A program made the translations under genes and the position numbers. Below, one piece after another: positions 1-11,879 of a stretch of DNA of 64,000 bases (position 1 is its first letter; the number at the start of each line of letters is the position of its first letter). This DNA is from Takakia lepidozioides (lineage: Eukaryota; Plantae; Bryophyta), in assembly GCA_030704615.1 (NCBI GenBank), contig CM060733.1, positions 45,508,001-45,572,000 on the forward strand, in the 5' to 3' direction. The notes below the pieces were generated by a model, which saw nothing but the letters and a program-made list of their open reading frames with translations, was not told the origin of the DNA and searched no databases.

Positions 1-248
1 TTTTAACCCACCTAGAACTCCTGCTGCACGGGAGTACAGTCGGGCTATGATTATGCCCTTCAACCAAATTCCCATTGTCTTGGATTTGGCTTGGAAGGAA
101 TAGTCCTCCGCAGTCATTGGCACATTACTATCAAATCATGCGCATTTGGCTGCCAGTGGCAACTAGGACTAAAGTTCTTCCGAACAATCGACCAATTGAG
201 GATCATCACCTTACGCAGTACTGGCGTGAGGCAAGTACCATGTTGAAG

Positions 249-295
249 GAGGTTTGCTATTTCATGAGCATGAGCGGCATGAGCGGCATGAGCAG
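249..295 (+). repeat. Terminal inverted repeat with subterminal CATGAGC(GG) repeats, family A
   Basis: gaggtttgctatttcatgagcatgagcggcatgagcggcatgagcagag resembles the reverse complement of the ends at 25749 and 28203. Confidence 0.85.
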
Positions 296-638
296 AGTAG
301 TAACACAATCGGTTTTCATGAGCAGAAGTACAAATTTCGAAAATAAAAAACAATAAAAAAACAATAATTTAATGCAATGTGTCAGGAAAAACAAATATAT
401 TATTCGGCCCCTTGAAGGGAAAATTGCACTTTTGACAGTTGTGCTCATGATATTTTGTCTTCCGCTCATGCCAATTCCCAGCGACATGTGCAAATATGGC
501 GCCGAATTTCGCGGTAATAGGGTCCGTAACCTGAAAAAACGGCGACGTATTTCGCGGCAATAGGTCTCTCTGGCGAAAAATGGTGCCGAATTCCGCGGCT
601 ATAGGTCCCCTCATGACAGGTAATTCGGCGCCATTTTT

Positions 639-927
639 CCAGTGCATGTTGGGACTTAGCCAGTTTTCGGCGCAAAATAGGGAAATTCGGCGCCATTTTT
701 CCAGACACTGTACCAGTGCATGTTGGGACTTAGCGAGTTTTCGGCCCCAAAAAGAGAAATTCGGCGCCATTTTCCCAAACACGGTACCAGTGCATGTTGG
801 GACTTAGCGAGTTTTCGGCCCCAAAAAGAGAAATTCGGCGCCATTTTCCCAAACACAGGTACCAGTGCATGTTGGGACTTAGCCAGTTTTCGGCCCCAAA
901 AAGAGAAATTCGGCGCCATTTTTCCAG
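639..927. repeat. 74-75 bp tandem repeat x4 carrying asymmetric AAATTCGGCGCCATTTT motifs
   Basis: Units start at 639, 713, 787 and 862 (ccagtgcatgttgggacttagc...). Confidence 0.9.
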
Positions 928-1083
928 AAATGGCCCCACAACTGCTTCTATTGGATTTCAGTTTGAATGGAATATTGCCTCATTCCAGGAGTTTTGGGGT
1001 GCATTTCATTACACTGCAAAAAAAAAGTCTGATACAGCAAAATGCATTTGAAAATATCCATATGGAGGATTCCGTTTGCCCCA

Positions 1084-4000
1084 TCAATGATTTCTGGAAT
1101 CCCTAAGGAGGAGCTTGTGCAGCTCGTTCACGCTCAACGCCGGTGCATGAATAAAGTCATCAATAGTCACGTTCATCCTCAACCTCTTCAGGTAAATGTA
1201 ATACAGATGCTTGCACGGATAATACTTCGAACCCTTCTTTGCTTCCATCAACGAGAAGTCCGTACAGTTGCAAGTCGGCTCCACTCCAATCGTAATTGTG
1301 TATACATCGTCGCGTACAGCCGAGCCGGCCGTTGCCATCCGATACACACGCCCAAGGCCGGGTGGTGGTACGTCCACGGAGCTCTGAATAGTGCAAGCCA
1401 TCCCAAGAGCATTGGCAATCCGAGTCTCATTCAACTTGTTGGGAGGGTGTCGTCTCTTCACTCTTCCGAATCGCATTGTGGGATGTGCAGAATTGTCCAA
1501 TCCGTCTCTATTGGACCGAGCAGTCTGCAATGGAACCGGAAATGCGTGGGCCGGGATGTCTGTGCGTTGCACCATTCGAAATCCTGCTGCAGATAGAGCA
1601 TCCGCCTCATTCTGAGAGAGGCTGCAACCCGGTGCAACAGGCTAGACGCCCGAGGCTCCGGCATTCCCTGAATCCCGTACTTGGGCTTGCCAAATACACA
1701 GGTCATTATGTCGTGCCTACAGAACCAAAATGTCTGCGTTGTGGCGTGAGCAAATGTGGGAGTCAAAAATCTGCCGCTGAAACAAGGTGCAGGTACAGCA
1801 CCGTGTGGGTTCCTCCGAATCATCTCACCACAGCGTGCTCTCGTATCCACCCGGATGGCGCAACACTTCCCTCGAAATGCCGGCAATGTCCTCGCAATTC
1901 TCCACTGTGACTCCGACACTCTTGTCTCCACAATGGGAATGTTGTATTGCTTTACTACAGATGGCTCGTTATGTTGCCGGGGCACGCGTCCTGTGCTCAA
2001 AGGAGATGGCGATCTTGAACGTGCAGGACTTCCGGTGCTCGACGAGACCTCCTCGGACAACATCACCGGACCACGAGGGAGCGTGCGAATATTCTTGTCA
2101 GCTCGCCATGAATCCTCTTCTCCGCCAGGTGCCTCGTCAAGTCTTCGTCTCACTGGACGGGTATGAACATCTCCTTCCAAATGTTGGCCTCTTCGCAGCA
2201 ATGGCGTGTCCCGAAGGCCCTCTCGCAAGGCCACCGCCCACTTCCGAGGATTCTTCGATCTGGAGGCAGTCCGCATCAGCATTTCCTGCCTGTCCGGCCC
2301 CAAGCCCCACTGTTTCCCTTTCAAGAACTCGTTGTACCTGCATTGCTGCATAATTGACCTCACAATGTCCTCCGTTGTGGCAGTGAGGATGTCCACCAGA
2401 TGCGCCGCAGAGGAGGCACGCCAGGAAGAGTGCACTGATTCGGCCATGTTTGTCGTGGGCATGTTGGTGTCGGAGTCGAGACACATTTCCTGCACAAGCA
2501 CATGTTCAGGTTACAAGCAAGTTACAAATATGGCCAAGAATAATATCCAACGGGACGCGAATTCGTGCAACTCACCTCCCGCATATAGTCGCCGAACTGG
2601 AGGAAACGATAATGCCACCATGCTAGCCAACTGACCATTGCTCCTTCGTCTGATTTCCTTACAGCACCTGACGATGTCCACCAAGCCCGTATGCATGCAA
2701 ACTATGTCTCTGCATCATCCAGGTGGGAGCGCGCTTCCACGCAAGGCACATGGAACGGTGCTCCTCTCTGAAATCTGGCGCCACGAGCTTGGTTGTGTAC
2801 TGCGAAAGGCTCTGCAGAAAATGGAACCCACAAGATCTCTCCTTGCCTTCCATGGGAACATTGGGGTCTTGCCCGTACACCCTTCGGATGGCAGCCCAAT
2901 TTGCTTGTGCGTTGTCCGCCATGAAACCACGGAATTGGGAGGGGGCAATCCCGCCTTGGCCATCTGTTCGTTTATTCCCTGCCAAAGAAGCATCTCCGAT
3001 TGTGTGTCCTCTCCTTTCATCTCACAAATAGCAATTGTCATTAGCATCCTGCAGTGGGTGTCGTAGACATGTGCACCCATTGTCACCCACTGGTGATTTG
3101 TAATTCGCTTGATATGGTCGAACATGACCCAACTGTTTGACAAGTTCCCACTCGTCATCCTGTCGACCAGTTCGACGCCACTGCCAGGTCCACACGTGGA
3201 CATTTTGAATACGAAACAACGATCTGCCTCAGTCCCTTGTCCTGGAAACCTACTTCCATGAATGTAGTCATATCCACATCGTCGCTTCACCTCCAGAATA
3301 GAGTGCATATCCGAGCCACGCCCAATTTTCTGTTTGCATGAGACAATGTGGTTTCGGACATTCGGTGAACATACGTGGGACACCGACTCCAGCAATGCCT
3401 CCATTTCCTTCTCGTCGAGAGGAACTCTATCGGAGCCGTCTTCCGACATAATTCTGGCCAATGCCATCTTATGGGCGGCTTGGAGCTGTATCTGTTTGGG
3501 TTTGGCACCCGGTCTCAACTTAACCTCCTCCTGAACGAGCTGCTCTACTTCGTGGGCAGCCTCCCGCGAGTTCCCCCTCGCCAATTTGTGACAATGGGAA
3601 CCAACGTGTATGCAAGCTCGGGTGAGGTCAGGGAAACGGTGCAACACATAGAACTGCTTGGCATTACAAACAGACATGCAGTGTGGTGGTTCTTTGCAAT
3701 GCGCACACTTAAATGTGGAGTTCGGAACCTTCTCCTGAGCTCGAAATGGTTGGTGAGTTGTGCCTGTCCAATCGGTCTCGTTCCTGTGACCTCTGGATTT
3801 AAAGTGGAAGCAAGTTGGGGAGAAACACCGCAACGCGCCCGCACAAACAACGTAGCGCACCCGCACACCATCAAGCATCTTCATGCTGGTGGTTTTGGTA
3901 ACGCACCAAGGATGACCGTCATGTTTTCTATCCATATCTGTCAACATTCCGGACGCCCTCGAGTAGTCCGCCCGAGGAGGGAACTCAAAGAAGATATTAC

Positions 4001-4664
4001 CGTCGACGTCGGCGGGAAGGCATGTAACCGATTTAATTGTGAACTTGCTGTAGTCCAGCCCGGCCAGCTCCGACCGGTGTCCTTCCAGGTGAAGCCCTCG
4101 CAGAATTTCTAGAATAGATCGAACTGCGGTGCTCGTGCTGGGAATATGACTCCTCCTCCACTGACGTCCATTGAGGACTTGCCTGCCTGATCTCCAGGAT
4201 GACCTTGGAACTTCCATGACCTCGTCTGAGTCGGACAGGTTGTGAACAACCCGGTTCTCGGTCGTCTTCATGGATGGGTTCGGCTCTGGATTTACTTCGT
4301 TGCGGACTTCTCTCTTTGAGGTACCCACTCTCTGATTCGCGGATTGTTTCGTGGAAGGCGCCAGGATAGACGGTGCATTTGGCGGGCAAATGAAGTCCCC
4401 AACAGCCCTGTATATGACGTTGTCCGATGGTGGAACTCGCCATTTCCCTGCCATCGCCGAAATCATCGTGGAGCACAACAATACTCTCGACAACAAGGCC
4501 GTTTGAGTCCTTCCTTTCCTCCTCCAAAAAACCGACCCCGGTTTCAGGTGGTATCGAACGCACAGATATTTCTCCATCACCCGGCAGGTGTCCCCTCTAC
4601 ACGGAAATGAAGCTCTATGCTCGTGAGGAGGGCAGTACACTGTAGCGCTCGGGTTTTCCGCCAT
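1084..4664 (-). pseudogene. MULE transposase family A (GCM-like Zn domain, DDE, SWIM); 2 exons, frameshifted
   Basis: Motifs VMFDHIKR (D1), FMADNAQANW (D2), CGFH (C2H), TTNMAESVH (E) and SWIM CNCTDF...CKH. Intron ~2492-2575 (GT..AG). Split over ORFs 2715-4796, 2659-2985, 1458-2501 and 1084-1575. Confidence 0.88.
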
Positions 4665-4972
4665 GGGAGATGTGCACACAAGACTGCCAGGATGGCGTGC
4701 GGGGAAGCTCCCTGGTAGAAGGGGGTGCAACGATGGGAATGAATGCGATGCCGATTTGTCCGAGCGACGAAGCCTGATCCAAATCCAGGGAGCCAACTAT
4801 CTCAAAAATCCACAGTCAGAGTGTTAATGAACATTGTCTCCGGAATGCGGCCCCTCGTCTTTGCGTAATAACTGCCAACGGTATGCAGTCAGAAAGTGGG
4901 GGGCCGTCCGGATGATGACGGCTGAAGGGGAGAAGCCGGCACCGTGCCGTCACATTACTACCACCCCCGAAT

Positions 4973-6495
4973 GGAAATTCGGCACCCAATATCCAACAGA
5001 GGAAGCCCGGATGAAGACGCCTCGGGCGCAGAGGCCGGAGTGTGTGCGACAGAGAACATCCCCTGGATGAAGATTCGGCGCCGAATTTCCATCCGGGCCC
5101 CCCCAAAGGAAGTCTTGTCGGGGGGTCAGACCGAAAACTGGCCGACATAAAAACCTCCCTAGATGGGAAAACGGCGCCGAATTTCAATTCGGGGCCGTTC
5201 CAATGCAGTCGGGGAGAAGGGAGAGGTCGGCACCTGGCCGTCATATTTCAACCCCCGGGACGGAAATTCGGCACCGAATATCCAACAGAGCGGCGGAGAG
5301 GCGGCACCTCTCCGACAGAGACCATCCCCGGATAAATTCGGCGCCGAATTTCCATCCGCAGGTAAGTGGAATCCCGGATGGATGGAGATTCGGCGCCGAA
5401 TTTTCATCCAGCAGGTAAGTGGAATCTCGGATGGATGGAGATTCGGCGCCGAATTTCCATCCAGCAGGTAAGTGGAATCCCGGATAAATGGAAATTCGGC
5501 GCCGAATTCCATCCTGCAGGTAATTCGAATCCCGGATGAATGGAAATTCGGCGCCGAATTTCCATCCAGCAGGTAAGTGGAATCCCGGATGGATGGAGAT
5601 TCGGCGCCGAATTTCCATCCTGCAGGTAATTCGAATCCCCCGGATGAATGGAAATTCGGCGCCGAATTTCCATCCAGCAGGTAAGTGGAATCCCGGATGG
5701 ATGGAGATTCGGCGCCGAATTTCCATCCTGCAGGTAATTCGAATCCCGGATGAATGGAAATTCGGCGCCGAATTTCCATCCAGCAGGTAAGTGGAATCCC
5801 GGATAAATGAAAATTCGGCGCCGAATTCCCATCCTGCAGGTAATTCGAATCCCGGATGAATGGAAATTCGGCGCCGAATTTCTATCCAGCAGGTAAGTCG
5901 GATCGGTGGCGTATGGATATTCGGCGCCGAATTTCCATTCGCCATGTATTTCATCGCTCAGAATTACCTTCCTGCAGGTAATTCCCAGATGAGAATTAAC
6001 CTTCCTGCAGGTAATTTCCAGATGAGAATTACCTTCCTGCAGGTAATTCCATCGATGCCGGTACGATGTTAATTCCTCGTCCAGAATTACCTGCACGAAG
6101 GTAATTCTGATCGACGAATTACCTGCAGGGAAGGTAATTCTCATCTGGGAATTACCTGCACGAAGGTAATTCCTCGCTCAGAAATACTTGGCGAATGGAA
6201 ATTCGGCGCCGAATATCCATACGCCACCGATCCGACTTACCTGCTGGATGGAAATTCGGCGCCGAATTTCCATTCATCCGGGAATCGAATCACCTACAGG
6301 ATCGAAATTCGGCGCCGAATCTCCATCCATCCGGGATTCCACTTCCCTGCAGGATGGAAATTCGGCGCCGAATTTCCATTCATCCGGTATTTGAATTACC
6401 TGCATGATGGAAATTCGGCACCGAATTACCTGCGTGAGGGAAATTCGGCGCGCCGCCCTACCTCCGCGGATGGAAATTCGGCGCCGGATTTCCAT
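4973..6495. repeat. Family A palindrome array, GGAAATTCGGCGCCGAATTTCC, 53-bp period core with foldback
   Basis: Palindrome centres at 5342, 5394, 5447, 5500, 5552, 5605, 5660, 5713, 5766, 5819, 5872 and 5925. The block 6181-6430 is an inverted copy of ~5700-5955. Confidence 0.95.
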
Positions 6496-6505
6496 CCGAG
6501 CGCTT

Positions 6506-9500
6506 GCAGCAGGGTAAAAGACAGATTCAATTGCAGCAGACACCTTCACCTGCAAGGATGAGGAAGCAGAAGGCAATCAGGGCGACGGTCGAACAGTCTC
6601 CCACAAAACCGCTTCCACGAGCTGAAGCTCAGTTCCTGGAGGATTTCCCGCCTGCAGATGCTGGGGCCGTCTCTGCTGCAGCGAAGGCAATGGGATCGAC
6701 CGTTTTTGTCGATTTGGTACCGGAGGAGGGTGCTGCCGCTGAACGTTCGCAGCAAGACCTCACCACCGATGAGCAAGCAGGCAGAATTGCCCGCAAACAG
6801 GCCCCAGAGTGCAGCTCCAGTTGAGGATGCTCCAGCTGCTCAGCCACTACCGGCACCTACAGACATTTCTCTCGGAGGATTTCAAAATGCAGCGGATAAA
6901 ATGTTGGAGGAGACACACAGTAGCATTGGCAGAGTTCTGGGCAGCAGGGTATTCCAGTGGACTTTTCGAATCCCACTCTGTCGCATGGTCTCCCTTCCCA
7001 TCGTCAGGCAGGCCCTTCCCGGAGATATGGATAAGCTCAAGTTTGCATTTCGAGAAGGGTACCGTCTGGGATCGGCAGCGTTTTACGTTTCCATTGAGAA
7101 CGAGGACGGCGAAACTCGTGGACCCACTGCCGATGAATTGTCAACATGGGATACCCACTGGCACACTCGCAACGACGAATTCGAGACGACGCTGAAGGGT
7201 GATCCAGACTTCGGCCATATGTCGGGTAAAATGTTCTTTGTGTGGGACGGGAATCACCGACTTCTTGCCTGTGGGAGTACATCAAGCAGAACCATGCCAA
7301 GCACATTGGCTGGCATTACATGGTGGAGTGTGTCATCCTCAAGGTGAAGGCGGCAGACTCCTCCCTGCTCAAGAATGCCATGGCAGACCTCAACTCGTAA
7401 GATACTCATACCCTCCCTAGCACGTTCGAAATGCGGTGCCGCATTTCGGTTTCCATTCTGGTTTGTTTCCGTGCTTCCGTGTACTGAACTGGAGAGTGTG
7501 CCTTGCAGGGTCACTGAGAATGTGTTACGTGCATACCCACATGGCACATATGCTGTACAGGGTGAGGAAAACTGGTCTCACTAATCCGCAGATGTTTGCG
7601 GAAATGCTGGAGCCCGAGCTCATTCAGAAAGCCGTTGCAAAAACAGACCGGACATGGTATCGTCTCACTATGGATGGAATGGTGGAGGTGATATACGAAG
7701 TAAGTCGTCCTCCGATTTCCCTCTGCTCATCCTTCCCCAATTTCCAATAATCTTTCCACATAAATCGAATGTAACGCTTCTGCATGTTTTTGTTGGCAGT
7801 CAAACATCCAGCTGGATTTGGCCATGTCAAACGCTTCTTCATGGAAAGTGAGGGGCAGGTGAAAACGTTGCAGTCATTGACTGAGCACTTGAAGGAAGCC
7901 GGTGTCAAGTCCAGAACCAAATACAAGTCAAAGCTTGTGAAGCTGGTGGCAATTGCAGATCCGGCACTTGGAAAGGACTTCATCCCCGAGATTGCAAAAC
8001 ACTATTCTCGGGCCATGCAGCCGACCATGCAATTGGAGAAACTGCATCACCTCTCAACGGCATGTGTTGAGGCGAAAGAGAAGGTGAGGTTTCAATGCAC
8101 TGAAGTTCCTTCCTAGCAATAGCCACTAGCCTCTCTCTCTTCCACCGCTCTGACATTGGATCGGAAATGGCAGACACGGTGGCTGTCGATCTGGAATGCA
8201 TCCGAGAGCATAAGGACAATGTGGTCTTTTCCACTCGAAGTTTCCGACCCTGCAGTGGATGTGTGGCTCAACCGCATGACTTGGTGGTTCCAGGTAATTC
8301 AAGGTACTTCCCCAGATTTGCTTTTCTGAAATGAATTCCCTGAACTGCTACGTGACAATGCATTTGGGAATCGCAGGTAATGTCGAATGCGAAGGAGCAA
8401 GTCGTAATGCACACAAATTCGTTCGGCTTGTACGTCAAATGGGATGGAACACAGACATTGGAAGACTACGTGACACGTTTCAGATGTGCGTACAAGGACA
8501 ACCTTTTCGCCAGAGAGCTACAGACAGCAAGAAGGAGCGTGGAGTTTACACATCAGGAGGGAGCGGGGAAAGCTGCAATGCGAATTGTTTACAGGTGAAG
8601 CACAGCTGCCCTTGTATGCAAAGCGTGGTTACGAGGTTTGTCTCGGAAATGCGGCACCGCGCATTCGCATTTTATGTTTTCGGTGGCACTCTGCGAGTAG
8701 GTTCGTCCAATCTTATGCTCACGCATGCTGACTGCCTTGCAGGTATATGAAATACGTGCTTGGAAGAAAGGATTCGGGCTTGCCCGCATGGTGTTGGACG
8801 ACAGAGGTTGTGTGGTTGTCCTGGCGAGCAGAGGAAAAAACACTCAGACAGGAATTGCGAAGTGGACCCGCAAGAGCGCCGTCCCGATTCTGAAAAAGAA
8901 ATGGACGTGCATCAACACACTGGGCATTCGGTCGGAAGGGAAGAAGGTGATTACGACACTGGCACTCGTCCATTCATTTGCTTGGGTGTTTTCAAGTGCG
9001 GTGCCGCATTCGGTTTCTATCGTTCCCTCCCGCCCGTGTATGCAGACAAAGCAGTTCGATGCATACTGCTTTGTGAAGGAGAACTCCACCTTTGCTTTCC
9101 GGAAGGAGGGAGGAAAGGTTGACCCGAACTGCGACCCCCTCGATTACGACGTTCTGTTCAACAATGTTCCCAAGGAACTTCTCCCTCATAGCCTCACTTC
9201 AACGGAACCCCTGCGGTACTCCACGGACTCGGAGCCCCTGCCTTCATTCAGGCAATTATGGAGACATGCATAGACGTGGAGGGCACAGTGCTCGACCTCA
9301 TCTGTGGGACAGGTATGGCAGAATCTTGATCTATGCTGTTCTGCAAATTCTCGTTAGGATGTAGTTCGCAACATCTGAAGCGCCATGTGGTAATGTGTGG
9401 ATGGCATTGTAACAGGTGCCTCAATGTGGGCTGGGCGGTTTTCCAACCGGCACCTCTTTGCCTACGAGGAGGATTCATCCGTGTGGGGATCCCATCTGGA

Positions 9501-10185
9501 GGGGCTGCAACGGAATGTGAAGGCTCCCGACAGAGCGGAAGTCTCCTCGGATTCGTCGGAGTCCGAGGAAGACACAGTGGACATTGATGCAGAGGAGAAC
9601 CCGGAATACGAGTGAGTGCAAACATTGTAAGTTTGCAAAGCCTTCTGGGTCATTTATGTCAAAGGAATTTCCCGACTGTGGTTCTCATTAGTCTCGTTGA
9701 TGATTGTCATGTGCAGGATTGCAGGGTTCGGGTCGAAACATGTAGGGCCTACACTTCCTGCCAGGAAGAATGTCCCGTTCTTTGCGAGGGCCGACTTCAT
9801 GACGAGCCCGGTGAGGGACTACTCCCTTCCTAGTTATGCAGCTAAACTCGCAAATACAGCGATTAGAAGAAGTGAGAATCCCAGTAAAGTAGAGCAGATT
9901 TTGGAGAGGGCTAGGGAGGACAGAAGGATAAGGAAAGAGTTGGCAGCAGCTCAGACAGGTAGACGAGTACGAAAGTACATATGTGATTCAGCGGATGAGA
10001 GCGACGCAGACAGGGAGGAGGACGACCCAACGGAGGTGAGATGGACAGTTCCGCAAGGGGAAGATGGGATTTTCGAAAGCCTGGCCAACGAGCAGTCCGC
10101 TGGAGACGAGAGAGGCACTGAGGGGGTGGAGGAGGAGCAGGACAGTCTAGAACAGGATGAGGATTCCGATGATTTTCAAGATTAA
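6506..10185 (+). pseudogene. Multi-exon ParB-like / beta-class amino-DNA-methyltransferase-like gene, host copy (5' end displaced, internal deletion at ~8760, frameshifts)
   Basis: ParB/Srx-like KMFFVWDGNHRLLA at ~7228-7270. Splicing intron 9313-9415 gives VEGTVLDLICGTGASMWAGRFSNRHLFAYEED. Acidic C-terminus ends at TAA 10185. Confidence 0.65.
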
Positions 10186-10322
10186 TAGAATTTTAATGAA
10201 GTCTCTGTAAATGTAAATTCTCTTCCAGAGTATATAAAGGAAATTCTGCCCGACATTCGTGACCCCTCTCCAGTGTGCATTCCAGCCACACAATCGCCCA
10301 AACCACGACGCTCCCAAAATCA

Positions 10323-11033
10323 GAAATGGGGCACCGCATTTCCAAAATTTTGGCAACCTAAAAACCTCTTTTGGAAATGCGGCACCGCATTTCCAAAACA
10401 GGGGAGGGACTAAATTTTCCATTTCATGGTTGGCATAGTAAAAAGTAATCGGCCGATTGGAAATGCGGTGCTGCATTTCCAAAATTTCCTTTGTCCACAC
10501 GCCAGTTTTGGCCTCTCCCGCTCATTGCATGGATGCCACCACGCTTACAAAGGTCGAACAAGGAGGTCGAGATGGCGGAATTGGAAATGCGGTGCCACAT
10601 TTCCTATTGGGGATGGTCGTTGTTCGAACTGCAGGCCCATCAGCAAAAATTGGCACCGCATTCCATTGTAAAAAAAAGTCGATGACGGACATGGAATGCG
10701 GCGCCGCATTTTCCAGAACGGACATCGCAATTTGTCCATTTGCCACCCTCTCACGGAATGCGGTAACGCATTCCATCGAGCTGGTCAGAAATGGGTGCAC
10801 TTTTCGAAGTGTTTGGACGGAAATGCGCACCGCATTCCCTTGTCCAAAAAGAAGTTTCATTGCCAAGCTGGAAATGCTCGCCGCATTTTGCAATGCCACC
10901 CTCGTTGTCTGTCCATTATAGACCCGTGTTGGTATTTCGTGTACCTGGACGGAAATTATGCACCACATCATTTGCCGACACTGAAATGCGGTTCATACAT
11001 TTCCATGTCGGCATGAAAATGCGGCACCGCATT
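10323..11033. repeat. Downstream cluster of family B palindromes GGAAATGCGGYRCCGCATTTCC
   Basis: About a dozen degenerate copies with irregular spacing. The last copy is interrupted by the nested element. Confidence 0.85.
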
Positions 11034-11879
11034 GAGGTTTACTATTTCATGAGCAGAAACCATGAGCCATGAGCCATGAGCCGCATGAGCCGCATGAGCG
11101 GTGAGCCGAAGTCTAAGATACGCGGATTTCATGAGCGGACTCCTCCAAATTTGGAAATGCGGCAGATTAAACAAGTATTAAAATAATAGTTTTTTATTTG
11201 ACCTTGCCGTTTTTTGGACGTTCCAGATCATGTAATGCGGCGAAGATATGTCGTCAGTAACAAGTCCGCTCATGGTTTTATAGATCCGCTCATGGAAATA
11301 AGTGACCGTGCAACGGGAAATCCAGTATACCACTGCAAAAGGACGTCGCATACTGGCCTGTATAGAGTATTCCGCGGTTTTACATGCCTTAACATTGGAA
11401 TGAAGCTGACCCTTTTGCCGCGATTGAACCAATGGAGTCTGCACCAATACAGTCTGCAGTACTTCACAATTCTGTCTTCTTCGGGTATTCGGCGGGAAAG
11501 GTTTGCAACTGAACTGGGAAATAGGGTGCCGCATTAGGGTTCGCACGTGCGAAATTTCGGAGCGGTTTGGTGTTGGCGAAGGCCGCCTCTGGGGGTACCT
11601 ACGACGATACTTGGAAATTCGGCGCCGCATTTCCTTGTCGGAGGTCGAATGAGGAGAGCAAGTTTTCGGAAAGCAGAAAAACATGAACCCTCCAACATAC
11701 AAAAATACATGCACGTGGAAACAAGTGAACGATATAGTAATATCTTAGTTCGATCAAAACAGGTTACTGGTAGGCAAGACATATGTCGGACCTTTGTGTG
11801 GCCAGAGTCTGAGGTACTGGCAGCAGTACAGTTCTACTATCCGATGGGCGTACCATTGTATGTGGACCGCAAGCCAAGC

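Larger units (their letters stand above)
249..6505. mobile_element. Mutator-like element family A, left part (truncated at 6505)
   Basis: Begins GAGGTTTGCTATTTCATGAGC followed by CATGAGC repeats, the same end type as 11034 and 60195(rc). Contains a MULE transposase and a family-specific palindrome array. Joins family-B sequence abruptly at 6506. No matching TSD partner in the window. Confidence 0.8.

Noticed and set aside
5159-6407. Many ORFs with MEIRRRIS / KFGAEFP / NGNSAPNF (and KCGAAFP / GNAAPHF in the B arrays)
   Set aside because: They are translations of the stop-free palindromic repeats in all six frames, not proteins.
11214-11537. 107-aa ORF near the left TIR, also at 59693-60031
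   Set aside because: Conservation is explained by near-identity of the copies; no recognisable motif and no evident counterpart in family A.
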